From: Granulicella sp.
Lineage (GTDB): Bacteria > Acidobacteriota > Terriglobia > Terriglobales > Acidobacteriaceae
Direction of reading: 5' to 3'
DNA length: 18,804 bases
NCBI GenBank assembly: GCA_027339965.1
Contig: DAHWNL010000023.1
Location: 1-18,804, forward strand
Shown here: piece by piece, positions 1-7,012 of the stretch
Layout of the letters: each line of letters starts with the position of its first letter
How positions within the stretch are numbered: position 1 is the stretch's first letter
Notes under the pieces: generated by a model
What the model saw: the letters and a program-made list of their open reading frames with translations, nothing else
Told to the model about the DNA's origin: nothing
The model's database searches: none
Translations under genes and position numbers: made by a program

Positions 1-76
1 AACGCCGATTGGGCCGTTTTTGCCGGTTATTCCGGTTTGTAAGTACTGTGCCGTCTATCACTTGTGGTTTGAGCTA

Positions 77-125
77 TTCCATGGCATGGAAGAGGTCATC
101 GGTTCGATCCCGATCAGGTCCACCA
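77..125 (+). mobile_element. 3' half of tRNA-Ala(GGC); att-site core of an integrative element
   Basis: TTCC-ATGGCAT-GGAA anticodon arm (GGC at 83-85), then GAGGTC ATCGG TTCGATC CCGAT T-arm and CAGGTCC-A-CCA. No D-arm or 5' acceptor strand upstream, which is typical of the duplicated tRNA 3' end at an island boundary. Confidence 0.85.
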
Positions 126-128
126 TAA

Positions 129-141
129 AATCAACAACTTA
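129..141 (+). promoter_or_regulatory. IHF-like binding site next to the att core
   Basis: AATCAACAACTTA matches the consensus WATCAANNNNTTR, 3 nt after the tRNA-fragment CCA. Confidence 0.55.
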
Positions 142-227
142 CGGCTTTCGCATCCATCCAACTTCACCCAAGGTTTCGCCCAAAGCTACTGAATTTTGGC
201 CGCTTTCCTCGGCGAAGATCGCGTAGG

Positions 228-504
228 GCATCGTTATGGTAGACGCTGCCCAGTTGCTCCAGCACGAAGCGGCACTCGCTGGGGAAGTTCGCCATAATCT
301 CCACGAACTGCCTGCGTCCGTGCGCGAGACAGTTGGCCAGCAGGATCTTGACGCCTTCCGGATACGCCGAGGTGTTTGACGACGAGGCGTCGCACATCTG
401 CACCGGCGCGGGCAACTCGGCCGCGCGCCGCTGGAGCACATCGGCGATATCTTGCCGGCGTGCTGACGACCGGTGAAAAAGAGCGCAATGCGGCGGCCTT
501 CTTC
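228..504 (-). pseudogene. IS66-family transposase (TnpC) internal fragment, frameshifted
   Basis: EGRRIALFFTGRQHAG, a frameshift near 452, then VLQRRAAELPAPVQMCDA...ILLANCLAHGRRQFVE...FPSECRFVLEQLGSVYHNDA. C-x-A-H-x-R-R-x-F is the IS66 signature. Truncated at both ends. Confidence 0.8.
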
Positions 505-507
505 ACC

Positions 508-688
508 CCACGGAATCACGCTTTCCATCTGCGAAAGAAACTCTGCACCAAGCGTCACCTTCGCCTACTTCTCACATCCTGCCGCCATCGCCAACTTCTG
601 CTGCTCTTCCATCCCCGCTCACCTCGATGATTGCAAACTAGAGCAATCGGACGGTGGAAACGTAAGAACTTAATCAATCAGAGTCGCC
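508..688 (-). pseudogene. IS5-family element 5' end: transposase N-terminus with internal stop, plus putative left end
   Basis: From ATG 612: MEEQQKLAMAAGCEK*AKVTLGAEFLSQMESVIPW, which resembles the IS5-group N-terminus (QTLAMA..FEKY.K.TRR..FL..ME.VVPW). TAG at 565-567 sits where Tyr is expected. A possible terminal IR, GGCGACTCTGATT(GATT)AAG, starts near 688. Confidence 0.65.
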
Positions 689-741
689 CAAGGAAAAGCC
701 GGACATTGCACTTGCCAAGAACAGTCCCCGTTCTGGATTCT

Positions 742-770
742 TTGGCAAAACTCTGATTTTCGTGGATAAT
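742..770 (+). promoter_or_regulatory. Putative sigma70 promoter for the rpmG operon
   Basis: TTGGCA (742-747), 17-nt spacer, GATAAT (765-770), in an AT-rich patch ~180 nt upstream of rpmG. Confidence 0.55.
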
Positions 771-953
771 AAAACACAGCCAGCGTGTGCCTGACCGACT
801 GGCAAACCCGCAGCACAACTCAGGAACCGGGCAGCAGGGGCCCCGATTCACCCTGCGTCGCGGCGTGTCAGACAGAGGAAGCTGAAGGCTTCCGGACGGA
901 AAGACAAGCTGCTTGCCAGCCGAGGTGGCTGGCCACACTGGAAAGGAACCACC

Positions 954-1103
954 ATGCGCGAGATCATCACCTTGCAGTGTCCGGAGTGTAAGAACCGGAA
1001 CTACTCGACGACCAAGAACAAAAAGACCACCACGGGACGGTTGGAGTTCTCCAAGTTTTGCAATACGTGCCGCAAGCATACGCCGCACAAGGAGACAAAG
1101 TAG
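954..1103 (+). CDS. rpmG: 50S ribosomal protein L33 (zinc-binding, C+ type), 49 aa
   Basis: Not in the ORF track. Translates as [49 protein letters not shown], with an AAAGGA RBS and two CxxC pairs. Canonical position before tRNA-Trp and secE. Confidence 0.98.
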   Translation: MREIITLQCPECKNRNYSTTKNKKTTTGRLEFSKFCNTCRKHTPHKETK

Positions 1104-1183
1104 CGGACCAAATCGAGTCCGCGGGTTCATCGGCCAGGCCCCTCATGGCGGCCGGTACGCCGGCCCGATGACCGGCGCCATAC

Positions 1184-1259
1184 AGGGGAGTAAGCTCAAC
1201 GGTTAAACTGTCGGTCTCCAAAACCGAACTTCTCGGTTCGAATCCGAGCTCCCCTGCCA
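1184..1259 (+). tRNA. tRNA-Trp(CCA)
   Basis: Acceptor stem AGGGGAG/CTCCCCT, anticodon arm TCGGT-CTCCAAA-ACCGA (CCA at 1218-1220), T-loop TTCGAAT, 3' GCCA; 76 nt; lies between rpmG and secE. Confidence 0.97.
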
Positions 1260-1547
1260 GTCTTTCGCTCTGCCGCCAGATTTACCACCCGCAGAGCCGC
1301 CCGCTGCGGATCCAGATTGAGTCCAAAGCAGGTGTAACGCAAACCCAGAGCCGATCCAAGATCGCCCCACAGCCGTTCCGGCGCGGAACCGGCCTTGATC
1401 GATAGAGGATCTTCCTCGGGATCAGTCTCAATCGAGCGCAGGATTCCGGTTCGCTGCACTCGCCTCATCCGCTACTGGGATCCGGCGCGTCAGGAGCAAC
1501 CGGGCGGGAAGCACTCAAGAGAAAGTAGCAGTTTCAGGAGTACATCC

Positions 1548-1808
1548 ATGGCGAAGGCCGCCTTAATTGAAACCACGGAACAGAGCGCCATGCAGCGATT
1601 GTCTGCAGGGCCGCAGCGCCTCCGGCAGTTCCTGCACGATACGCGGCAGGAGATGACCAAGGTCCATACGCCGTCCCGGGCTGAGGTGCAGGCAACCACG
1701 ATTGTGGTCATCATCGCGGTGTTTCTCTTTGCCGCATACTTTGAGTTGGTGGACCTCACCGTCGGCAAGGGCGTGGATCAGGTCATTCTGTATCTGACGA
1801 AGCACTGA
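1548..1808 (+). CDS. secE: Preprotein translocase subunit SecE
   Basis: AGGAG RBS before ATG 1548. FLHDTRQEMTKVHTPSRAEV matches the SecE E..KV.(W)P motif, followed by one TM helix; directly upstream of nusG. Confidence 0.95.
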   Translation: MAKAALIETTEQSAMQRLSAGPQRLRQFLHDTRQEMTKVHTPSRAEVQATTIVVIIAVFLFAAYFELVDLTVGKGVDQVILYLTKH

Positions 1809-1904
1809 AGGGAAGCCGGGCGATGACCGATCCACGGCGGAAGCGCCGCTTGTGATCCTCTTCGGCCGCAGAAAAGTGATTGGTGTTTGAAGGAATGTGC
1901 AACC

Positions 1905-2603
1905 ATGGCAGATAAGTTGAGAGACGACGAACAGCAGACCGTCCCGGTTGGGGCCGGAGACGCGCTGGAGAGCGATGTGGCTGCGGATTCCGAGGCAGCA
2001 GTTGCCGGTGAACTGGTGGGCGGATCCGCGGCTGGAGCGGAGACAGATTCGGCTGCGGTCGAGCCGCAACACCTGAAGTGGTACATCATCCACGCCTACT
2101 CTGGCTTTGAGCGCAAGGTGAAGGAGTCCCTGCTCAGCCGCGTGGCGGCCTATCACCTCCAGGACAAGGTGGGAAGAATCGAGATTCCCACTGAGCCCAC
2201 CACCGAAATCCGCAACGGCAAGAAGTACACCATCGATCGTGTCTTCCTGCCTGGCTACGTCTTTGTCGAGCTGGCGCTGGACAACGACATGTGGCACGTG
2301 GTGAAGAACACGCCGCGGGTGACAGGGTTTCTGCAGACCGGCGACCAGCCCAACGCGCTCTCGGAAGAAGAGGTGAATGCGATGCTGAATCGCAGCGACG
2401 TCACCCGGGAGAAGCCCAAGCTCAAGCTCAAGTTCGCCAAGGGTGAACTGGTCCGCATTACCGATGGGCCCTTCAACAACTTCAACGGAGCCGTGGACGA
2501 TGTCAATGAGGACAAGCAGACGCTGAAGGTGATGGTCTCCATCTTCGGCCGGCCGACGCCGACTGAGGTCGCCTTTGCCAATGTGGAGAAGGTTGAAGAG
2601 TAG
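1905..2603 (+). CDS. nusG: Transcription termination/antitermination factor NusG
   Basis: KWYIIHAYSGFERKV, FLPGYVFVE, VKNTPRVTGF and KOW VRITDGPFNNFNG...VSIFGRPTP. ATG 1905 follows an AAGGA RBS. Acidic N-terminal extension of about 55 aa. Confidence 0.98.
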   Translation: MADKLRDDEQQTVPVGAGDALESDVAADSEAAVAGELVGGSAAGAETDSAAVEPQHLKWYIIHAYSGFERKVKESLLSRVAAYHLQDKVGRIEIPTEPTTEIRNGKKYTIDRVFLPGYVFVELALDNDMWHVVKNTPRVTGFLQTGDQPNALSEEEVNAMLNRSDVTREKPKLKLKFAKGELVRITDGPFNNFNGAVDDVNEDKQTLKVMVSIFGRPTPTEVAFANVEKVEE

Positions 2604-2829
2604 AACCGGCGCTTCCAGCGCGGAGGATTGGAGCCTCTGCGCCGACCATGGAGCGCAGGCAGCAGAGATGGAACGGAGAGCTTGAAATTCAGGAGTCGCA
2701 GCCCGGCAGCTTCACCGGACCTTCTAACTCCTGTCGTCAGTAACGAGCGGTACCAAGCAGTAGAAAATTCCTGCGCGGCCCGGTCTGGTCTTCCAGCGCG
2801 CCCGCAACAGATAAAGAAGGACAACGAAG

Positions 2830-3264
2830 ATGGCTCCAAAGAAGGTTCAGGGATACGTTAAGCTCCAGATCATCGCCGGCAAGGCAACGCCGGCACCCCC
2901 GGTGGGACCCGCGCTCGGTCAGGCGCAGGTTAACATCATGGAGTTCTGCAAGCAGTTCAACGACCGCACCAAGGATCCGGCGATGGCCGGCCTCACCATT
3001 CCGGTGGTCATTACGGTCTATGCGGACCGGACGTTTACTTTCATCACCAAGACGCCGCCGGCTCCGGTGTTGCTGCTCAAGGCCGCCGGGGTTGCCAAGG
3101 GCTCCGGCACGCCCAACAAGGATAAGGTGGGCAAGGTGACCGAGAAGCAGATCCTGGAGATCGCCAAACAGAAGATGCCGGACATGAACGCAGCCTCCGT
3201 GGAAGCGGCGGCCAAGACCATTCGCGGCACGGCAAGATCTATGGGGCTTGAGGTCGTCGCATAG
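2830..3264 (+). CDS. rplK: 50S ribosomal protein L11
   Basis: [33 protein letters not shown] and GTARSMG motifs. Confidence 0.99.
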   Translation: MAPKKVQGYVKLQIIAGKATPAPPVGPALGQAQVNIMEFCKQFNDRTKDPAMAGLTIPVVITVYADRTFTFITKTPPAPVLLLKAAGVAKGSGTPNKDKVGKVTEKQILEIAKQKMPDMNAASVEAAAKTIRGTARSMGLEVVA

Positions 3265-3293
3265 GGCCGCTTTCGAACGCCAAGCAGGACAAA

Positions 3294-3353
3294 GGCGCAG
3301 AACAGAGATGGAGGACCTCGACCTCCGTCTCTGTTCTGCGCCGTTGGTTCTTT
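3294..3353 (+). terminator. Strong hairpin / probable intrinsic terminator after rplK
   Basis: 21-bp stem GGCGCAGAACAGAGATGGAGG (3294-3314) / CCTCCGTCTCTGTTCTGCGCC (3322-3342) with one U-G pair and a 7-nt loop, followed by an imperfect U-tract (GTTGGTTCTTT). Confidence 0.75.
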
Positions 3354-3384
3354 GCGGTCCAGGATGCTGGGTTCAAGTACTGAG

Positions 3385-3543
3385 TGCAACGTTGTTCACT
3401 GTCAAAGCAGTTTCAGTGTAGGTGTACCCGATGCCTCGACTTCTATGGGCGTTTTCCCCAATGAAAACGCCACCGTAAGCCCTCTTCGGGACGCCCATCA
3501 ACACTGAAAATGCTATAGCTAACCACAGATCGAGCAAGTCGCA
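3385..3543. ncRNA. Candidate structured ncRNA (long imperfect rod, ~160 nt); family not identified
   Basis: Nested helices read by eye: 3448-3456/3463-3471, 3427-3431/3486-3490, 3421-3425/3491-3495, 3411-3419/3501-3509, 3406-3409/3511-3514, 3399-3402/3525-3528, 3392-3397/3532-3537. Intergenic and more AT-rich than its flanks. Confidence 0.55.
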
Positions 3544-3634
3544 GGAGCCTTTGCGGAGGCAAAGTTCAGCTAAGATTTTCCAGCCGAGGGACTCTCCGGG
3601 TCGCGCGCTGAGCATCTCTGTGACGCTGTCCAGA

Positions 3635-4405
3635 TCATCTGCCGGTGAGGCGCAGTTCGCCCTGCCTGCGCTCTCCGCTGGGGCATACTGCCAGCAGCGG
3701 ACACTGCCCGCAGCTTGGATCCTCGAAGCGACAGAGCGTTTGGGCATGAATCTGCACTAATCGGTGATGCTCCTCCAGCCTGGTCGCGTCCCAGGTCTCC
3801 GGAACCAGGCGCATCAGCCGCTCTTCGGTGGTGGCCGCGTCGGCACGGGGCGTCAGGCACAGGCGCTGGGCGACGCGCAGATGGCCGGCGTCGATCGGCA
3901 AAGCGCGGCGGCGAAGCGTGGAAAAACAAACTACCTCGGCGGAGATCTGCCGCCCCACTCCTTCAAACTGTTCCAGCCAGGCCCGGATCTTCTCCGTGCG
4001 GTAGCGCGCCAGGAACTCCAGGGTCAGCGCGCCAACGCGGCCGGTAATCTCTTCCAGCAGAGCCTTCAGGCGCAGGGCCTTCTGCTCCGGAAAGGCGACG
4101 GCGGCGATGCCCCGCTCGATCTCGGCGATCGAAGCGTCGCGGACCGGCTCCCAGTTGCCGGCCCCGGCGCGGAAGGCGCGTTCCAGCTCGCGCATCGCCT
4201 GCTGCGCTGCTGCGGCCTGCGTGCGCGAGGCGAGCAGGGATGCAATGAGCTGTGTGAGCGGGTCCCGGACCGCCCACGGCCTGCGGTCGCCGTAGTGGCC
4301 TAGCAACAGGCGGTGGACGCGCGGGAGCCGGTCGGCCTGTTCTGGAGTCAGCCGGCTTTGCTCGGTTTCCCCGTCTTTCGGGCTGTCTCGTGGTTGGTCC
4401 GTCAT
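3635..4405 (-). CDS. HhH-GPD superfamily DNA glycosylase (endonuclease III-like) with [4Fe-4S] motif
   Basis: DPLTQLIASLLASRT, HhH FEGVGRQISA, LPIDAGHLRVAQRL, and C-terminal CRFEDPSCGQCPLLAVC (C-x6-C-x2-C-x5-C). Start set at ATG 4405; the ORF is open to 4453. Confidence 0.88.
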   Translation of the reverse strand: MTDQPRDSPKDGETEQSRLTPEQADRLPRVHRLLLGHYGDRRPWAVRDPLTQLIASLLASRTQAAAAQQAMRELERAFRAGAGNWEPVRDASIAEIERGIAAVAFPEQKALRLKALLEEITGRVGALTLEFLARYRTEKIRAWLEQFEGVGRQISAEVVCFSTLRRRALPIDAGHLRVAQRLCLTPRADAATTEERLMRLVPETWDATRLEEHHRLVQIHAQTLCRFEDPSCGQCPLLAVCPSGERRQGELRLTGR

Positions 4406-4585
4406 GCCTGTGGGTGCGGCCGCAGTGGCCGTGTCACCTTCGCACAGTATCACAGTAGCCGCCGCTATTCCGAGGTGAGTGTGTGAATCAGGCAGTGGAG
4501 GTGCTGGAGGATCTTGTGCGGCAGCCGGGCAAAAACGCCCCCAACTCCGGCCGAGATGCCTGTTGCGCCGCCTCGGCGGCCCTGC

Positions 4586-5462
4586 CTATGGTTGCCTCAA
4601 TTGCCGCTCTGCGCGCAGCCAGTCCTGCTCAGCCGTTCCGTCTCTGCAGCCTCCGTCTACCCAAATTTGATGCGCCAGCTTTGCAATCTCTTCTGAGGGG
4701 GGATCTGAGGGGGGCGGAGCCTTGTCAGCCACCTTCTTGACCAGCAAAGTTGCCGCGTCTGCCAGATCGATCATGACGCCATCCGTCTCTATCTGTTTGT
4801 ATTCACCGCCCCGATCTTTCTTGAACCAAACATCAATCAAATAGATTGGCTTGTGCGGTTCGTCGTCTTTCACGATCGCGAACTGACTCAATTGGCCGGA
4901 GTAGAAACCGAGACCGTCCTTCAACTCGACTTCGACAAAGACGGATAGCGCTTCACGGTGATCCTGTTCGGGGTTGAGAACCTCGTAAATGATAGGCCGC
5001 TCTCCCAGCAACCCGGTGATGCCAAACCATCGCTGCAGCCAGGTGGCGTTGGCAAAAATTCTTTGAGTGATCGGACTGTTCGAACGCATCACGCCATAGA
5101 CGAATCCCAACCAATGACTAAAGAAGAAGGAGACAAACACATAGCCGGAGGCGACTAAGAATGCTTCGACAATGTGTTGAGAGCACCATCCACCTGCAAT
5201 CAGCCAATCAATTTTCGGGAAGAAGCAACGATAATTACCCCTAAGCAGCCAGCCAGCGAGCGAGAGAATCAAGGCTGCCAGGAACGCCAGGAGCCCATGC
5301 GTGGAGACCCCTAACGCAATGCGCTCGGCAAGTTCGGCGCTCGCCCCCTGGGGCGCAAACGACTGTGGGACAAGCTGGTTGCGTGTCCGTTGCGCGAAGA
5401 GGCCCGGGACTACGGCCACGATAAAGATGAATATGGTCGAAAGGTCAAGCCTGAACCGTCAT
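4586..5462 (-). CDS. DUF6338-like membrane protein with C-terminal DUF2934-like domain; apparent 1-nt frameshift near the start
   Basis: N-terminal TM helices with a VVPG motif. The soluble domain VFVEVELKDGLGFYSG...IYL...TDGVMI is DUF6338-like. A Pro linker leads to EEIAKLAHQIWVDGGCRDGTAEQDWLRAERQL (DUF2934-like). The RBS-backed ATG at 5462 is one base out of frame with the main ORF (open 4586-5458, GTG at 5419). Confidence 0.65.
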
Positions 5463-5484
5463 CCCTTCTCACCGTTTGCTCTCG

Positions 5485-5697
5485 CTACTTGCGGTCTGCC
5501 TGAGCGCCTGACGAGGCAGCGGAGTTGCCCGACGGATTGAACCCAGAACTTCCCTCATGTTGCCGAGTAACGAAAGGATTCCTGGCTCCCGGCACAGTCC
5601 TGACCGAGTTGAGGGTTTTGGCCAAGCCGCCGTTCTGAACCGGCTTGCAAACCGAGTCGTGTGCCGTTGCATGATTTTTTTGCTGAGGCTCCGCCAT
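5485..5697 (-). CDS. Small hydrophilic hypothetical protein, 70 aa
   Basis: Strong GGAGGT RBS (5702-5707) before ATG 5697 and a TAGGAT -10-like hexamer upstream. Ends 22 nt before the ATG of the DUF6338-like gene, so probably co-transcribed. Confidence 0.65.
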   Translation of the reverse strand: MAEPQQKNHATAHDSVCKPVQNGGLAKTLNSVRTVPGARNPFVTRQHEGSSGFNPSGNSAASSGAQADRK

Positions 5698-6122
5698 TGC
5701 CACCTCCGATTTCACTCCGTTCTATCCTACGTGACGGAAGGCGGAGCGCGCCGCAGTTGGGCGCCATCCTGCCGATTCTCGAGGCGCGCAGGCGTTTCGC
5801 CTGCGCGAGCGAAGATGCTTTGAGATGCGCAGCAATGGAAGTTCAGCACGCAGAGCTTGGCTCGGCCAGGGTATGGAGATCAGAAGCCCCTTGGGCTTGC
5901 CGGAGGTAAGATCCTCGCCCAGCGCGGGGCATCGCGGCTCGGTTGCCTTTCTACACGCTCTCCTGTCTACTGTGGAGGAGGGGCGGGTTCCGCCTCTTCC
6001 CATGGCCGGCAGAGCCTCCGTCGGGGTGGTTAGCTGCGGCTTAGCGGCAGTGCCTGCTCGGCGCAGCAACCGTGGTTTTGCTCTCCGTGCGGTCTGTCTT
6101 GCCGAAAGGGAGCGCGTAGCGG

Positions 6123-6920
6123 ATGAACGCCGATCTCGAACATCTCATCATCGTCCAGGCTCAGGATCTGGAACTTCGCCGTCTGCGCCAGCAGCTCTCC
6201 GAGGGCCCCTTGCAGGTGAAAGCCGCTGAAGCGGCCTGCGCCCATGCTGAGGCTGCACTGAAGGCTGCCAAAGACTCCCTGGCCAGGGAGGAGACCTTGC
6301 GCCGCTCCCAGGAGCTTGAAGTCAAGGAGCGTCAAACCAAAGCAGCGCGCCTGCGCAAGCAGATGGAGACGGCTACCTCGGCCTCCCAGATTGCCGCCCT
6401 AGAGCATGAGATCGCATTCCTGGACCAGTCCATCGCCAAACTCGAAGATGAGGAGTTAGCCTCGCTGGAGCGCACGGAGGGCTTCGAGCTTGCCCTTGGC
6501 AGGGCCACGCTGACCCTGGAGGCCGAGACAACCACCCTTGCCTCCATCCGGGTCCGCGCCGCCGATCTTGCCACTCGCAACACCGCGGCCATCGCCTCCA
6601 TCGAGGGGGAGCGCGCCGCCACCCGCGCCCTGCTGGCAGCCTCGCCTACTGGCGAGGCCAGCCTTTCAGCCTACGACCGCATTGCCAAGGCCAAGGGAAC
6701 AGGCGTCTCCGAAGCCGTCGACCACAAGTGCTCCGCCTGCCAGATGATGGTGCGTCCGCAGCGTTGGAACGACCTTACGGACCGCGATCCCAACAGCGAG
6801 CACGCCAATACCATCTTCACCTGCGAGACCTGTGGCCGCATGCTCTACTACGACCCCCGCCGCGATGCTCCCGTTCGCTGGACCCCCGGCGAGAGGCTCT
6901 CCTCCGCCTCCAACCCCTGA
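6123..6920 (+). CDS. Coiled-coil plus C4-type zinc-ribbon protein (DUF164/CT398-like)
   Basis: Long heptad-rich N-terminus, YDRI, CSAC...CETCGRMLY; GGAG RBS. Confidence 0.92.
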   Translation: MNADLEHLIIVQAQDLELRRLRQQLSEGPLQVKAAEAACAHAEAALKAAKDSLAREETLRRSQELEVKERQTKAARLRKQMETATSASQIAALEHEIAFLDQSIAKLEDEELASLERTEGFELALGRATLTLEAETTTLASIRVRAADLATRNTAAIASIEGERAATRALLAASPTGEASLSAYDRIAKAKGTGVSEAVDHKCSACQMMVRPQRWNDLTDRDPNSEHANTIFTCETCGRMLYYDPRRDAPVRWTPGERLSSASNP

Positions 6921-7012
6921 AGCCGGATCGGCCGCGCCGCTGGGTTGCACTGCGACTCGCACGGCTCTTGCCCCTCCGCCGTCTCTTCCTCCACGGAGTC
7001 TTTTTGAGCACC

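Noticed and set aside
50..125. Complete tRNA-Ala gene
   Set aside because: No 5' acceptor strand complementary to CAGGTCC and no D-arm upstream of 77; only the 3' half is present.
2604..2829. L1-binding ribosomal leader upstream of rplK
   Set aside because: GGAGCC and some stems are present, but I could not build the complementary half of the L1 site; needs a covariance-model search.
3385..3543. 6S RNA, retron msr-msd or known ribozyme/riboswitch identity for the rod
   Set aside because: No large central bubble of the 6S type, no reverse transcriptase nearby, and no hammerhead, twister or riboswitch core recognised.
3373..3747. 124-aa minus-strand ORF after rplK
   Set aside because: Overlaps the glycosylase 3' end, has no recognisable motif or RBS, and the region is better explained by RNA structure.
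5716..6122. RNase P RNA (rnpB), often found near DUF164 genes
   Set aside because: The conserved GAGGAAAGTCC and CAGAA-CCGGCTTA segments were not found on either strand.
6728..7012. Long N-terminal extension of the nucleotidase (likewise 1395-1547 for secE, 10256-10426 for LOG, 17875-17934 for obg)
   Set aside because: These are open-frame run-ons in high-GC DNA; family similarity and start signals begin at the downstream ATGs.
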